Positions 48,337 to 58,138 of a stretch of 64,000 nt of DNA are shown here, piece after piece. The translations under genes were made by a program, and so were the position numbers. Source of the DNA: an uncultured Spirochaetota bacterium (GTDB lineage Bacteria; Spirochaetota; Brevinematia; Brevinematales; JAOACQ01); contig CAWAOD010000016.1 in the NCBI GenBank assembly GCA_963783575.1, positions 160,001-224,000 on the forward strand, in the 5' to 3' direction. How positions within the stretch are numbered: the first letter of the stretch is position 1; every line of letters begins with the position of its first letter. The notes under the pieces were generated by a model. The model was not told where the DNA came from, did not search any database, and saw nothing but the letters and a program-made list of their open reading frames with translations.

Positions 48337-48598
48337 CCCCTCCGCATGAACGCCATTTCATGTAAAGCGATCTTATTGTACTGCGGTGTTGTTATTCAAT
48401 ATATCCTCAAACATCTCTTTTATTAACCGCCTCCTCATCAGTCCGTCCGTGGACTGATTCGTCGGTTTTTGCCCTCCGTGGCAAAACCCTCAAGATTGCT
48501 TAGTCTATGTTAATTATGAATAACAATGTAGATTGTCTCAAGTTCGCGTTTAACCGCAGTGAAGATTAATCAGAAATGGCATTAATGCTGCGGGGGGG
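48337..48598 (+). mobile_element. ~260-bp non-autonomous inverted-repeat element, copy 1
   Basis: Ends GCATGAACGCCATTTC / GAAATGGCATTAATGC; body aligns by eye with the reverse complement of 51502..51762. Confidence 0.7.
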
Positions 48599-48756
48599 GA
48601 TTTATCCTTAACAAGCAAATATCTATTGCTATTAATCACTTTTTTCATTATCAAGACATTTTTTTAAATTTTGATATTGATCAATTAACACAAGGGGTCA
48701 CCAAATATCCTAATCAATTTTAATATCTAAATATATGAAGTCAAGATTAATGTTTC

Positions 48757-49554
48757 CTATTTATGTAATTTTAGTAATATTTGATTGACTGCTTGTCTTA
48801 TTATTCTATGCAAATTCTTTCCCTTTATTATCAAATCTAAAGTGAATTTAACATTATTTTTATTTTCCCATCCATAAAATGGTAATTGAGCAAAATTTGA
48901 ATTTAACATACAAAGTATATGATAAAGATCATGTAATTTATTGAAATCAATATACTTATCCAAATAATCTTCACACAATATCATTTCTATTACAGATCGT
49001 TTTAATATAATTAGTGGAGACACAGCTCTTACATCATTCTGTTCCAGATCTATTTTAATAATATCTAAATAATGCTCATTAAAATCAAGTTCTTTTAATA
49101 AGCTATTTAACTTTCCTTCAACATTTACTAAATTTACTTGTCTTAATTCTTTAATTTTATTTCCATCAAAAAAATGCAGTCTATTTTTATATTGATTAAT
49201 ATTCAAATCGCGTAAAATTATTTCAATTGCCGATTGTTTATACTCCTCAGATATCATAACATAAAAGTAATTAATATAGACATTTTCTTTTGATATAATA
49301 TCTGGAAATGGCATATTGAAAGCTCTTTTGATATGTTCAATAATATCTCCCATATCACCTTGATTTTTACCATTAATATTTTTGAATTTTACTTGAGCAG
49401 CATGATATTGTTTTATTCCAAAACGATTATAATCTGAAAACAGAATATCCTTACCAAATTCGTCTATTCCATGATTATTCCTAACATCGCTAAAACCCAT
49501 ATTTTGAAGTAACGGTATTATTATCTCATTAGTATATTCTTCTTCATCATTCAT
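48757..49554 (-). CDS. Putative PD-(D/E)xK restriction-endonuclease-like protein (Mrr_cat-like N-terminus)
   Basis: PLLQNMGF...EFGKDILF...AAQVK; very AT-rich. Confidence 0.65.
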   Translation of the reverse strand: MNDEEEYTNEIIIPLLQNMGFSDVRNNHGIDEFGKDILFSDYNRFGIKQYHAAQVKFKNINGKNQGDMGDIIEHIKRAFNMPFPDIISKENVYINYFYVMISEEYKQSAIEIILRDLNINQYKNRLHFFDGNKIKELRQVNLVNVEGKLNSLLKELDFNEHYLDIIKIDLEQNDVRAVSPLIILKRSVIEMILCEDYLDKYIDFNKLHDLYHILCMLNSNFAQLPFYGWENKNNVKFTLDLIIKGKNLHRIIRQAVNQILLKLHK

Positions 49555-49627
49555 CTATTCCCTCCATTCTTTCCATCTCCCTCACAATCCTTACTGTCTC
49601 CACGCTTACCGTGCAGGCCCAGCGGAT
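49547..49627 (-). repeat. Type ISP R-M 3'-end remnant, copy A
   Basis: Translates IRWACTVSVETVRIVREMERMEGIDE*; stop overlaps the start of the next gene. Confidence 0.65.
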
Positions 49628-50295
49628 TTATCTTTATTATTCAGAATTCTAAAATACTCTCTAAGACGATAAATTCTTCTGCAAGAATCTCTATTAGCAT
49701 TTATCAAAAATATTATTATAATAAAAATTAAAATTCCAATGGGTAAATATTCCCAGACCATATATAATTCTTTATATAATAAAATTTCAACTGTAAAATA
49801 TACAATTGAAATCATCAAAGCGATGGCTGTATTTCCCGTCGCTTCCATAATAACATCTAACCGCTCCAGCACAAGCCTTTGTGATTCATACCATTCGTTC
49901 ATTGGTATCTTATTTTCTTTTTCCTCAATTTTCTGAAGTTCATAAGTTATTTTTTCAAAACCAAATTGAATCTTATAGTTTTTATCTAATTGATCATTAT
50001 CAAACTCATTTGATTCTATATCCTCAATAATACCTACAATACCTATAATAGGGATACTGCCTAAAATTAATCCTATTCTTTGAATTGCAAATCCTATGAT
50101 CCAGGCAAAACCTATTATAAAAAGCCAGGACATGAAGCTCTGTTTTTCAATAAGGGTTATTAGATAATTTGAATAGTGAAAATGTATGTTATAAAGTGTA
50201 TTAATTAATATAAAACCCGGCAGTATCTTGCTGAGGAAATCCCTTAAAACAAAATGAGTATAAAAATATTTTATTAAGTCGGTAAAATCCTTCAT
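49606..50295 (-). CDS. Hypothetical 4-TM membrane protein
   Basis: ORF with SD GGGAGG and hydrophobic segments; AT-rich. Confidence 0.7.
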   Translation of the reverse strand: MKDFTDLIKYFYTHFVLRDFLSKILPGFILINTLYNIHFHYSNYLITLIEKQSFMSWLFIIGFAWIIGFAIQRIGLILGSIPIIGIVGIIEDIESNEFDNDQLDKNYKIQFGFEKITYELQKIEEKENKIPMNEWYESQRLVLERLDVIMEATGNTAIALMISIVYFTVEILLYKELYMVWEYLPIGILIFIIIIFLINANRDSCRRIYRLREYFRILNNKDKSAGPAR

Positions 50296-50310
50296 AAATA
50301 AAAGCCTCCC

Positions 50311-50447
50311 TTATATTCTTAAAGTTTCCCTTTCCATCTCCCTTATAATCCCCACCGTCTCAACGCTGACAGATCAGATACACCGGATTAAATCAATCGC
50401 CGATTCCTTATAATCCTTAAACCTGCTATACGCCGTCGGGTTCGTAG
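50311..50447 (-). repeat. Type ISP R-M 3'-end remnant, copy B
   Basis: Translates NPTAYSRFKDYKESAIDLIRCI*SVSVETVGIIREMERETLRI*. Confidence 0.65.
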
Positions 50448-50458
50448 TTAATTAACAA

Positions 50459-51001
50459 TTATGCATTTCTATAAATAATTAAACCTATTTTATCATTACC
50501 ATCGAATTTTACAGTTAAGTTATTATTATCATTTATTGGTATACGTTCATATGAATTTATATCAAATAGGCTTATACAAAATTCTGATTGTATTTCGCTT
50601 GATGAAAATGGTAAATCAAAACGTTTTATATTTCTTTTACTTTTTTCTCGTGCATAAGTTGGTAATGCAGTATATTCCTCTATTTTATGAGAGATATCAG
50701 TTAGTTGGCAAGAAACATTACCATTTTCAGGATTTAAATTAAATTTTATTTTAGCAACAGCTTCTGTAGAATTTATATCATAATTAAAACTTGGAGACAT
50801 ATGAGTTCCATTATCTTTTAATCTATTTCCACCATTTATAATTTGATTATTATTGAGATGAAACCATAAATGTTCATGTGTATTACCTCCTACACAATTA
50901 ATAAATACATCATTTGTTCCATCTTCTCTACCACCAGTGCTTAAAGTAACACAGTATTTATTAAACCAATAAATTGCATAACCATTTTGATATTCAGGCA
51001 T
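50459..51001 (-). CDS. Hypothetical protein
   Basis: 180-aa ORF with AGGAGG SD; AT-rich. Confidence 0.7.
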   Translation of the reverse strand: MPEYQNGYAIYWFNKYCVTLSTGGREDGTNDVFINCVGGNTHEHLWFHLNNNQIINGGNRLKDNGTHMSPSFNYDINSTEAVAKIKFNLNPENGNVSCQLTDISHKIEEYTALPTYAREKSKRNIKRFDLPFSSSEIQSEFCISLFDINSYERIPINDNNNLTVKFDGNDKIGLIIYRNA

Positions 51002-51026
51002 ATTAGCCTCCTGTTTAATCTCTTTG

Positions 51027-51134
51027 GGTTAATTCCCCGTTGCTGCGGGGTAGTTTATTTAACCACAGATGGGCACAGATAAACACAGATATTTACTAAT
51101 CTTATCCGTGTGCATCCACGTTCATCTGTGGTTG
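51027..51134. repeat. REP-like palindrome plus CACAGAT-repeat hairpin
   Basis: GGTTAATTCCCCGTTGCTGCGGGGTAGTTTATT; AACCACAGAT-GGGCACAGAT-AAACACAGAT...ATCTGTGGTT. Confidence 0.65.
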
Positions 51135-51140
51135 ATTCTT

Positions 51141-51227
51141 TCACGTTTTCATTTCCTCCATCTCCCTCATAATCTTCACCGTCTCGATACTCACAGTACA
51201 GACCCGCCGGATATAATCAATTACAAA
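51141..51227 (-). repeat. Type ISP R-M 3'-end remnant, copy C
   Basis: Translates FVIDYIRRVCTVSIETVKIMREMEEMKT*. Confidence 0.68.
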
Positions 51228-51376
51228 ATTTAAACAGAGCGATTCTAAATATCAGGCAAGCTTTTAAAGCCGACATTACCTTAGCATAATCAGTGTTGAT
51301 AAATGCATGTCATATGCCGGGAAAATCATAATACTTATGTTTAAACAAATCAAATTATCGAGACGTCAGTCATGCC

Positions 51377-51483
51377 GGTCACTTCGATACGCGTTTAACC
51401 TAATCTTTTAACAAAGCCTCGGTCACTGAGTAGGGCTTCAGCCCGTATCGAAGTGACCATAAACAAGCCGCTACTCAGTGACC
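51377..51483. repeat. Nested REP-like palindromes (TTCGA/CTCAG class)
   Basis: GGTCACTTCGATAC...CTACTCAGTGACC enclosing GGTCACTGAGTAG...GTATCGAAGTGACC. Confidence 0.7.
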
Positions 51484-51501
51484 AAAGCCATCTTAAATGC
51501 T

Positions 51502-51762
51502 CCCCGCAGCATGAACGCCATTTCCGATTGAACCTTTGTGTAGTCATAATAGAACTCGGCTTAATAATTGTTGTTATTCCTGTTAAACCTGATTTAAACA
51601 AGTTAAAGGGTTCGGACAGGGATGTCCGAAACCGAGGAATCAGTATAAGGATGTACTGATGACGAGGCGGTAATAAAAAGATATCTTTAATAAAAATACT
51701 TGAATAACAACACCTCAGAATAAACAGATTTCTTAACATGAAATGGTGTTAATGCGTAGGGG
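51502..51762 (-). mobile_element. ~260-bp non-autonomous inverted-repeat element, copy 2 (inverted relative to copy 1)
   Basis: Reverse complement begins CCCCTACGCATTAACACCATTTCATGT...GGTGTTGTTATTCAA...TTATTACCGCCTCGTCATCAGT, as in copy 1. Confidence 0.7.
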
Positions 51763-51783
51763 TCGTTCCTTTCTCTTCGACAG

Positions 51784-53474
51784 CAGACTGTGTGAAAACT
51801 CAGTAAAATTTTATAGTAAAATCGATTAATTATACAAAAACTCCATTTTTTGATATATTTTTCAAGCTAAAAAAATCTTAGTTTAAAAAATCTATCCGAA
51901 TACGATAAACGATGGTTTATTAGCATCAAACCAGAGTCATAAGTCTCTTTATTCCCAATATATTCAATACTTTTATTAAATTATGAATGAATCCTGCCAA
52001 ACTGGATTCCGTCAGAACGCCATCCTTTCCCTTCATTAAAAAATAACTGTAACCCATATTCCTTTTTATCGATCCAAATGGATGTTCACATATCTCTTTC
52101 CTTTTCTCTATGATCTTTTTCCCGGCTTCAGAACGAATTTTCCTCTTGAAGTTCTCAATTTCTTCTTTTCTAACTGGTACTTTGATACTTCGTCCTTCCA
52201 CGCTTTCAGTACACTTATTTCTTACTTCACATTGGCTGCATAAGCCGCACTTGTACCTGACTATCTCTTTTCCTCCATTGACCTTCTCTACTTTTTTCCC
52301 ATTTCTCACTAATGGGTTTCCCTCCGGACAATAATAAACATTTTGTCCCGGATCATATTTGAATTTATCAACCTGGTATTCTTCAGCAGGTACTCCTTTA
52401 TTATCTTCTTTGCCTCGAATCCTTGCCTTATGTCCGTCATCCGGATTCGGCATATATACGTTATGTCCCTTATCTATACATTCCAGTATCTGCGGTTCGC
52501 TGTAATAACCGGCATCCGATACTTTGACCGTTTCAGTCTCTACCTTAAGCTCGTCCTTTATTTCTTCTACTCGGTCACACATTCCTGCCATCTGTTTGAT
52601 ATCATTGTTTTCATTCGTCACATCAATCGCCACAATCAGTTTATTCGCATCATCTACTGCCATCTGCAGATTATATGCAATGTCGGATTTCCCTTTATCA
52701 TTCATAAACCGGCTTTCCGGGTCATTTGAATAATATTTCTCCATTTCAGGATTTCCCTCAAAAATCTTTTTAATAGCCTCAACTTTATCCTTTTTTGTTT
52801 TCATTTTCTTTAAACGTTCCGCTATCTTTCCGGAAAGAAATTCAAATTCATTCTTTTCTTCCTTATCGTTCTTATCCATCTCATTCAAATATTCTTCGAT
52901 CTTTTGATCTATTCTATGTATGATTTCTTCTATGTTTTTCCTATGATAAACATTGTTATTGTGGTTTTGCGCACTGATCTTGGTTCCATCAATTCCAACA
53001 ACGTCAAATGATAAAAGCCCGGCTTTATGACATATCTTCAAAAATTCTCTGAATATCGACTGTATTCCCTTCTTATTATCTTTCCTGAAGTCGGCAATCG
53101 TCTTGAAATCCGGCGCTAGTCGTCCAGTCAGCCACATCAACTCTGTGTTTCTTCGGCACTCTCTCTCTAATTTCCTGCTTGTCCTGATTTTATTCAAATA
53201 TCCGTAAATATAGATTTTTAAAAGTATTTCGGATTTATATGAACTTCTGCCGGTTGATGCTTCTTTTACTTTAAAACCAACTCCTTTCATATTTAGCTTA
53301 TCAACAAAAATATCTATAAACCTTACCGGATCTTCTTCTCCTAACAGATCTTCCAGTGTTTCATTGAACAGAACTATCTGATCCCTTGATTCTCCCTCAA
53401 TATGCTTCATCTTTTACTCCGATTATTTTTGTTCTAATAATTATAGCATATTTACTGTGTTTTCACACAGTCTG
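51784..53474 (-). mobile_element. IS1182-family insertion sequence
   Basis: Terminal IRs CAGACTGTGTGAAAAC / GTTTTCACACAGTCTG enclosing the transposase. Confidence 0.9.
51926..53410 (-). CDS. IS1182-family DDE transposase
   Basis: YIYGY...SRKLE...PDFKTIADFRK, IDGTKI, DAGY, EHPFGSIK. Confidence 0.93.
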   Translation of the reverse strand: MKHIEGESRDQIVLFNETLEDLLGEEDPVRFIDIFVDKLNMKGVGFKVKEASTGRSSYKSEILLKIYIYGYLNKIRTSRKLERECRRNTELMWLTGRLAPDFKTIADFRKDNKKGIQSIFREFLKICHKAGLLSFDVVGIDGTKISAQNHNNNVYHRKNIEEIIHRIDQKIEEYLNEMDKNDKEEKNEFEFLSGKIAERLKKMKTKKDKVEAIKKIFEGNPEMEKYYSNDPESRFMNDKGKSDIAYNLQMAVDDANKLIVAIDVTNENNDIKQMAGMCDRVEEIKDELKVETETVKVSDAGYYSEPQILECIDKGHNVYMPNPDDGHKARIRGKEDNKGVPAEEYQVDKFKYDPGQNVYYCPEGNPLVRNGKKVEKVNGGKEIVRYKCGLCSQCEVRNKCTESVEGRSIKVPVRKEEIENFKRKIRSEAGKKIIEKRKEICEHPFGSIKRNMGYSYFLMKGKDGVLTESSLAGFIHNLIKVLNILGIKRLMTLV

Positions 53475-53623
53475 TAATCTCAGGGCAGGCTTTGTATGCT
53501 TATCAATATACAAGAGATTTACTTCGGTTGCTGAGCTTGTCGAAGCATTCCTGACGAACTCAGGAAAGAGAGGAACAAAGCCGTATGCCAAGGCTCTGTG
53601 GCAAATCGCCCCTCGGGCGAAAC

Positions 53624-54325
53624 TTATTTTTTTCCATAAGGGCAAACATAAAGGCACATTCCACAAACATCTTTTATTTTAGTGTTTTTTTTCAACTCAT
53701 CAAAATAATTCTGGCATTTAATAAAATCAAGTCTCCGGCTCCTGTCTTCTCCGTCAACATAATTCCGGCCTTTGATTGCGCCAACCGGGCATATTTCCCG
53801 GCATTTGTTGCAATTATTGCATTGCTGGTCCAATGGTTTTCCGGTCGGCTTCAAGGGAGCGTTTGTCAGAAGACTTGTAAATCTGACGCGGGGGCCATGT
53901 TTTTTCGTAATTAAAAGACAATTCTTTCCTATCCATCCCAGGCCGGCTAAATGGGCTATCATTTTATGAGATACCGTGGGTATCGCGTTATCGATATCCG
54001 TTCTTTCGGCGGAAGGAATGGGAAGCGTGCTATAGCCGTTTTTATTTAAATAAGAAGCGATCATAGATGCCGTAATATTCAACCGATTGTTTATTATTTC
54101 ATATGCATGTGTTTTATATTCACATGCAATATCTTTATCATTTCTACCCGGTAAAAAATCTACAATTGTTTTAGGTAAAACAATACCGATACTGATGCCG
54201 TATTTAAAGCCTTTTACAATTTTACCGCCGAATGATTCAATCTCAGCCTGATAATCAGTTAAATCCGCAACGCCAAAATAATCAATAAATTGGGTTTGCA
54301 GTATCTTTTGGATCTTTTTGTTCAT
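53624..54325 (-). CDS. QueG-like 4Fe-4S dicluster (epoxyqueuosine reductase family) protein
   Basis: SHKMIAHLAGLGWIGKN, GPRVRF, CxxCxxCxxxCP, CGMCLYVCP. Confidence 0.8.
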   Translation of the reverse strand: MNKKIQKILQTQFIDYFGVADLTDYQAEIESFGGKIVKGFKYGISIGIVLPKTIVDFLPGRNDKDIACEYKTHAYEIINNRLNITASMIASYLNKNGYSTLPIPSAERTDIDNAIPTVSHKMIAHLAGLGWIGKNCLLITKKHGPRVRFTSLLTNAPLKPTGKPLDQQCNNCNKCREICPVGAIKGRNYVDGEDRSRRLDFIKCQNYFDELKKNTKIKDVCGMCLYVCPYGKK

Positions 54326-54553
54326 TATTTCCCCTTTTTTCAAATAAGCGAAAGTATTCTATATTTTTGCATCAAAATACCCGGGATACAACTCCTTAAA
54401 TTTTAATTCTGAATGTAAAATAATACAATTATTCAATTTTATAAGATTTATTCATATCAGAATATGGACTTTATTCGGAGCGCGCTCTAAACTTAACATT
54501 ATAATTCCAGAAATCCGGTAAAAATTCTACCGGCGAAAAAAAGGCGGTATTTA

Positions 54554-55999
54554 ATGGAAAATCCTCAAATCGTTCAGGGCGGGATGGGTGTCGGAGTGTC
54601 GAACTGGAAACTAGCGCGGGAAGTTTCCCTTACCGGCAATATTGGGGTTGTTGCAGGAACTGCTATGGATGTAATTATTGCCAGGCGGCTTCAGGACGGC
54701 GATCTCGATGGATCGATACGTCGCGCGCTGGCTCACTTTCCCGATCCTGAAATTGCGGGAAGAATCCTTGCGGAATATTATGTGGAAGGCGGAATTAAAC
54801 AAAAAAACTGTTATAAACAAGTGCCTATGTTTACCATAAATCCTCTTAAGCAACTTATCGAGCTAACAATCGCGGCGAATTTCGCCGAAATTTACCTTGC
54901 CAAAGAAGGCCATAACGGGCTGATCGGCATCAATCTGCTGGGAAAAATCCAGCTTTCCAATGTTTACTCAATTTACGGCGCAATTCTCGCCGGAGTCGAT
55001 TATGTTATAATGGGCGCGGGTATTCCCCTGGAGATTCCGGGAGTACTGGAGCGTCTGTCCCAGAACAATGCTGTTGCCGTTCGGCTGAATGTATTTAACA
55101 GTGGCCCTGACGATAAATTCGAACTGCATTTTAATCCCGGTGAAATTATCCGGGAATCGGCTTTACCGGATTTGTACCGTCCGCGCTTTTTCCCGATCAT
55201 ATCATCAAATGTGCTTGCCGCGACTATGGTTAAACGGGCCAGCGGCAGGATTGACGGCCTTATTTACGAAAGCTATATTGCGGGCGGGCATAATGCACCT
55301 CCTAGAGGAAAACTGGAATTAAGCGATTCGGGCGAACCGGTTTACGGTATTAAAGACGAAGTAGATATTCAGGGTTTAAAGCAATACGGACTTCCTTTTT
55401 ATCTCGCGGGCGGCTACGGCAACCCGGCAAAGCACAGGGAAGCGCTGGAATTGGGAGCGGCGGGGACACAGATCGGGACTCCTTTCGCTTTCTGCGAGGA
55501 ATCAGGCCTTGCCCCGGAAATCAAAAGCAATATTTTACAGGATATTTTAAACGGCGTTTCAAAAGTTTTTACCGATCCGTTCGCGTCGCCGACCGGATTT
55601 CCCTTTAAGGTTCTGAGCCTTATCGATTCGATATCAGAGAAAATCCAGTTCCTGAACAGGCCGAAGATCTGCGACCTGGGATATCTGCGGCAGATCTTTA
55701 AGAAAGATGACGGAACCGTGGGCTACCGCTGCCCTTCCGAACCTGAAAAAGATTACTTGAAAAAGAATCTTAACGGCGATGAAATCATCGGCAGGAAATG
55801 CCTCTGCAACGCTCTTATGGCGAATATCGGCATTCCCAGGCGGCAGAAGTCCGGATACCTTGAAAAGCCGCTCATCACGGCCGGGGATTACCTTAAATCC
55901 GTCGCGAACCTTATCAATTCAGGCAAATTGGCATATACTGCCAGGGATGTGATCAATTATATTTTGAATAAACCGGAAAAGGCGATGGGCATACGGTGA
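54554..55999 (+). CDS. Nitronate monooxygenase family flavoprotein
   Basis: IVQGGMGVGVS, MGAGIP, AGGHN, QIGT, SPTGFP; C-terminal Cys cluster. Confidence 0.85.
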   Translation: MENPQIVQGGMGVGVSNWKLAREVSLTGNIGVVAGTAMDVIIARRLQDGDLDGSIRRALAHFPDPEIAGRILAEYYVEGGIKQKNCYKQVPMFTINPLKQLIELTIAANFAEIYLAKEGHNGLIGINLLGKIQLSNVYSIYGAILAGVDYVIMGAGIPLEIPGVLERLSQNNAVAVRLNVFNSGPDDKFELHFNPGEIIRESALPDLYRPRFFPIISSNVLAATMVKRASGRIDGLIYESYIAGGHNAPPRGKLELSDSGEPVYGIKDEVDIQGLKQYGLPFYLAGGYGNPAKHREALELGAAGTQIGTPFAFCEESGLAPEIKSNILQDILNGVSKVFTDPFASPTGFPFKVLSLIDSISEKIQFLNRPKICDLGYLRQIFKKDDGTVGYRCPSEPEKDYLKKNLNGDEIIGRKCLCNALMANIGIPRRQKSGYLEKPLITAGDYLKSVANLINSGKLAYTARDVINYILNKPEKAMGIR

Positions 56000-56025
56000 T
56001 TCCGATAATTATTCTTTTGATTTAG

Positions 56026-56424
56026 TCAGCATGTTCCATGGGCTAAAAGAGCAACTTTCTTACCTTTTTTAAAACATTCATTATAAATCCGGCAGGCTGC
56101 GGGGGTTTTTTCTATGATCAGTTTCTTTATTCCTTTTTTAAGAATAAATTCCCTCACCTTATCAGGGCATTCCAGCATTCCGTCGGCTCCTGTCCCAATT
56201 ATCAAAACATCAATTTTATGCTCAAAGATTCCTGTAATCATTGTTTTATCCAGATTATGCCCCTTCCTTTCCTTCCATTTTGACACTTCGGTCCCGATCA
56301 TACGGATATCTTTTCCCTCACCGGTTTTACCCGCGCCGGTCTTGCTGTGCTCCTTACCGCAAACGACAAACTTTCCCCAGGAATAATGCTCTATAGGACC
56401 TTCCGGATCATCGAACATAATCAA
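56026..56424 (-). CDS. Mth938-like (DUF498) protein
   Basis: IIGTG..G, TPAACRIYN, LAHGTC. Confidence 0.85.
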   Translation of the reverse strand: MIMFDDPEGPIEHYSWGKFVVCGKEHSKTGAGKTGEGKDIRMIGTEVSKWKERKGHNLDKTMITGIFEHKIDVLIIGTGADGMLECPDKVREFILKKGIKKLIIEKTPAACRIYNECFKKGKKVALLAHGTC

Positions 56425-56427
56425 CCT

Positions 56428-57237
56428 CTATTTTACCGGTGATTTATTGATCGCCGCAAAGCTCTTAGGATTAACACCCGCATATTTTTTGAAGGACTTC
56501 GAAAAATGGCTTTGATCGTAAAATCCAAGATCAAGCGCGACGGCAGTAATCGGTTTTCCAATCCGCAGGTCTTTGAGAGCTTTATTAAGCCTCATCTGGC
56601 GCAGATAGACGTGCGGCGGTATTCCGAAAGCCTGCTTGAACAGCCTTGTAAAATGAAAACGGCTGCAGAAAGCGGCCTGTGAAAGTTCATCCAGTGAAAC
56701 ATTCTCATGGCACTTTTCCCTGATATAATCGCGGATGCCGGCCAATCTGGCATTTTCCAATGAATTACGCCTCAATCTTTGAGATGAATATTTACCGATT
56801 AATCGCTTTATTACCGAATCCAGTTTTTTATTATAATCATCGCGCGAATTATTTAATACTGATAATTGAAACAATTTTTCCAGCTCATGGTACAAAGTTT
56901 TGTCATGGATGATATTTTTAATAACAGCTTCACAGTTCACGTATGGCGCCGGTATTTTACCGTTAATATATTCCACCGGAATGCTTACAGCCGAATAAGA
57001 CGATCCATTATCTTCGCAGTAATGCGGCTGATCCGGGTTTACTGTAAAAACGCCGCCTTTCCTCAGAATATTCCGCTGTCCATTGATAAAAAATACTCTT
57101 TCACCGCCCGATACTATACCGATGACATAATTTGAATGCGGATGAACCGGAAATCTGTTCCGTACACTTTTCCCATAAACCAGTCCGAATCTTGCATTGA
57201 CGGCTGCAAATTTGAATAAAATCTCATTTTTTTTCAT
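56428..57237 (-). CDS. AraC family transcriptional regulator
   Basis: N-terminal cupin HxH; C-terminal HTH SRFHFTRLFK...GFYDQSHF. Confidence 0.9.
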   Translation of the reverse strand: MKKNEILFKFAAVNARFGLVYGKSVRNRFPVHPHSNYVIGIVSGGERVFFINGQRNILRKGGVFTVNPDQPHYCEDNGSSYSAVSIPVEYINGKIPAPYVNCEAVIKNIIHDKTLYHELEKLFQLSVLNNSRDDYNKKLDSVIKRLIGKYSSQRLRRNSLENARLAGIRDYIREKCHENVSLDELSQAAFCSRFHFTRLFKQAFGIPPHVYLRQMRLNKALKDLRIGKPITAVALDLGFYDQSHFSKSFKKYAGVNPKSFAAINKSPVK

Positions 57238-57243
57238 ATCATA

Positions 57244-57621
57244 TTATAGTAATGAAGGCGTAAATTTTGCAAGCAGCAGCAGGCCTTTTTTCCCGGCAAT
57301 CACTTTGTGGGGCTTATTCTCGGGAATCAGCGCTATACTTCCCGCCCTGTAAGAAATTGATTCCTTCTCAATTTGACAGATTCCATCACCATCAATGACT
57401 TCATGCACCTCAAATTTCCCCTCATGAATATGTTCCCCGATTTCGCACTCCGGATCAATTTTAACCAGATGGCAGCTAATTTTCCCATTTGTTTCCGCCC
57501 CCTGTATCAAATGTTTTAAAAACACTCCTTTAAATATGGAATGCGGGTTCCATGGCAAATCTTCAGTAATAAGTCTTTTCCCATTGGTAAAGATTTTGCC
57601 GCTCTCAAATTGCTCAATCAT
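57244..57621 (-). CDS. Cupin domain protein
   Basis: HIH..E...G...H cupin motifs. Confidence 0.85.
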   Translation of the reverse strand: MIEQFESGKIFTNGKRLITEDLPWNPHSIFKGVFLKHLIQGAETNGKISCHLVKIDPECEIGEHIHEGKFEVHEVIDGDGICQIEKESISYRAGSIALIPENKPHKVIAGKKGLLLLAKFTPSLL

Positions 57622-57898
57622 AAATTCCTCCCGATATTTATAATTATTTTATATCTGAAGAATATAAAAATATTGTAAAAAATTGCTTTTTTTTCACAAA
57701 CAGGATATTTTAATAATTCAAAAGTGATAATTTTTTCCGGTAAAAATAATTTACCTTTCTAAGGGTTTTCCCTGATGACGAGATTCGACAAATTATATAT
57801 AATTTTATAATATAAAGAATAGAAGGCGGTAATATTTTTCAATTTTTCACCGCTTAAAAATGAAATATAAATTATCTTTAATTAGATATTTATTATAG

Positions 57899-58100
57899 GA
57901 GGTGGTATGATAAAAAAGGTTGAAAAATAAAAGAGCCCGCATCAAAATAGATGAGGGCTCTGAATAGGACAAAGATCGAATCAATTTGTGGGGATAAACC
58001 CCGTTAGGAGTATGATCGAATCCTTGTCCGAACCACCATTTTGAGGATAAACCTCGTATTGGAGTATGGTAATTTTTCAACCGGATTAATATACCACTAA
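57899..58100 (+). ncRNA. Candidate bridge RNA of IS110 element 1
   Basis: Closing stems GTGGTAT/ATACCAC and GGTTGAAAAAT/ATTTTTCAACC; two paralogous hairpin modules GGGGATAAACCCC and GAGGATAAACCTC. Confidence 0.65.
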
Positions 58101-58138
58101 AAGATTCAGGCCTCCCAAATAAATTAGGGAGGAAAACG

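Noticed and set aside
51061..51134. CACAGAT short repeats as a mini-CRISPR or iterons
   Set aside because: The units are ~9-10 bp with no unique spacers and form one hairpin, which fits an intergenic repeat.
49547..51227. CRISPR array or integron attC array
   Set aside because: The repeats are long, diverged and protein-coding in origin, and the spacers are whole genes. There are no cas or intI genes and no attC-like palindromes.
51395..51739. ORFs of 114 aa and 68 aa
   Set aside because: They lie entirely within palindromic repeat or MITE sequence.
57765..57795. CTGATGA as a hammerhead ribozyme core
   Set aside because: There is no correctly placed GAAA and no stems I/III.
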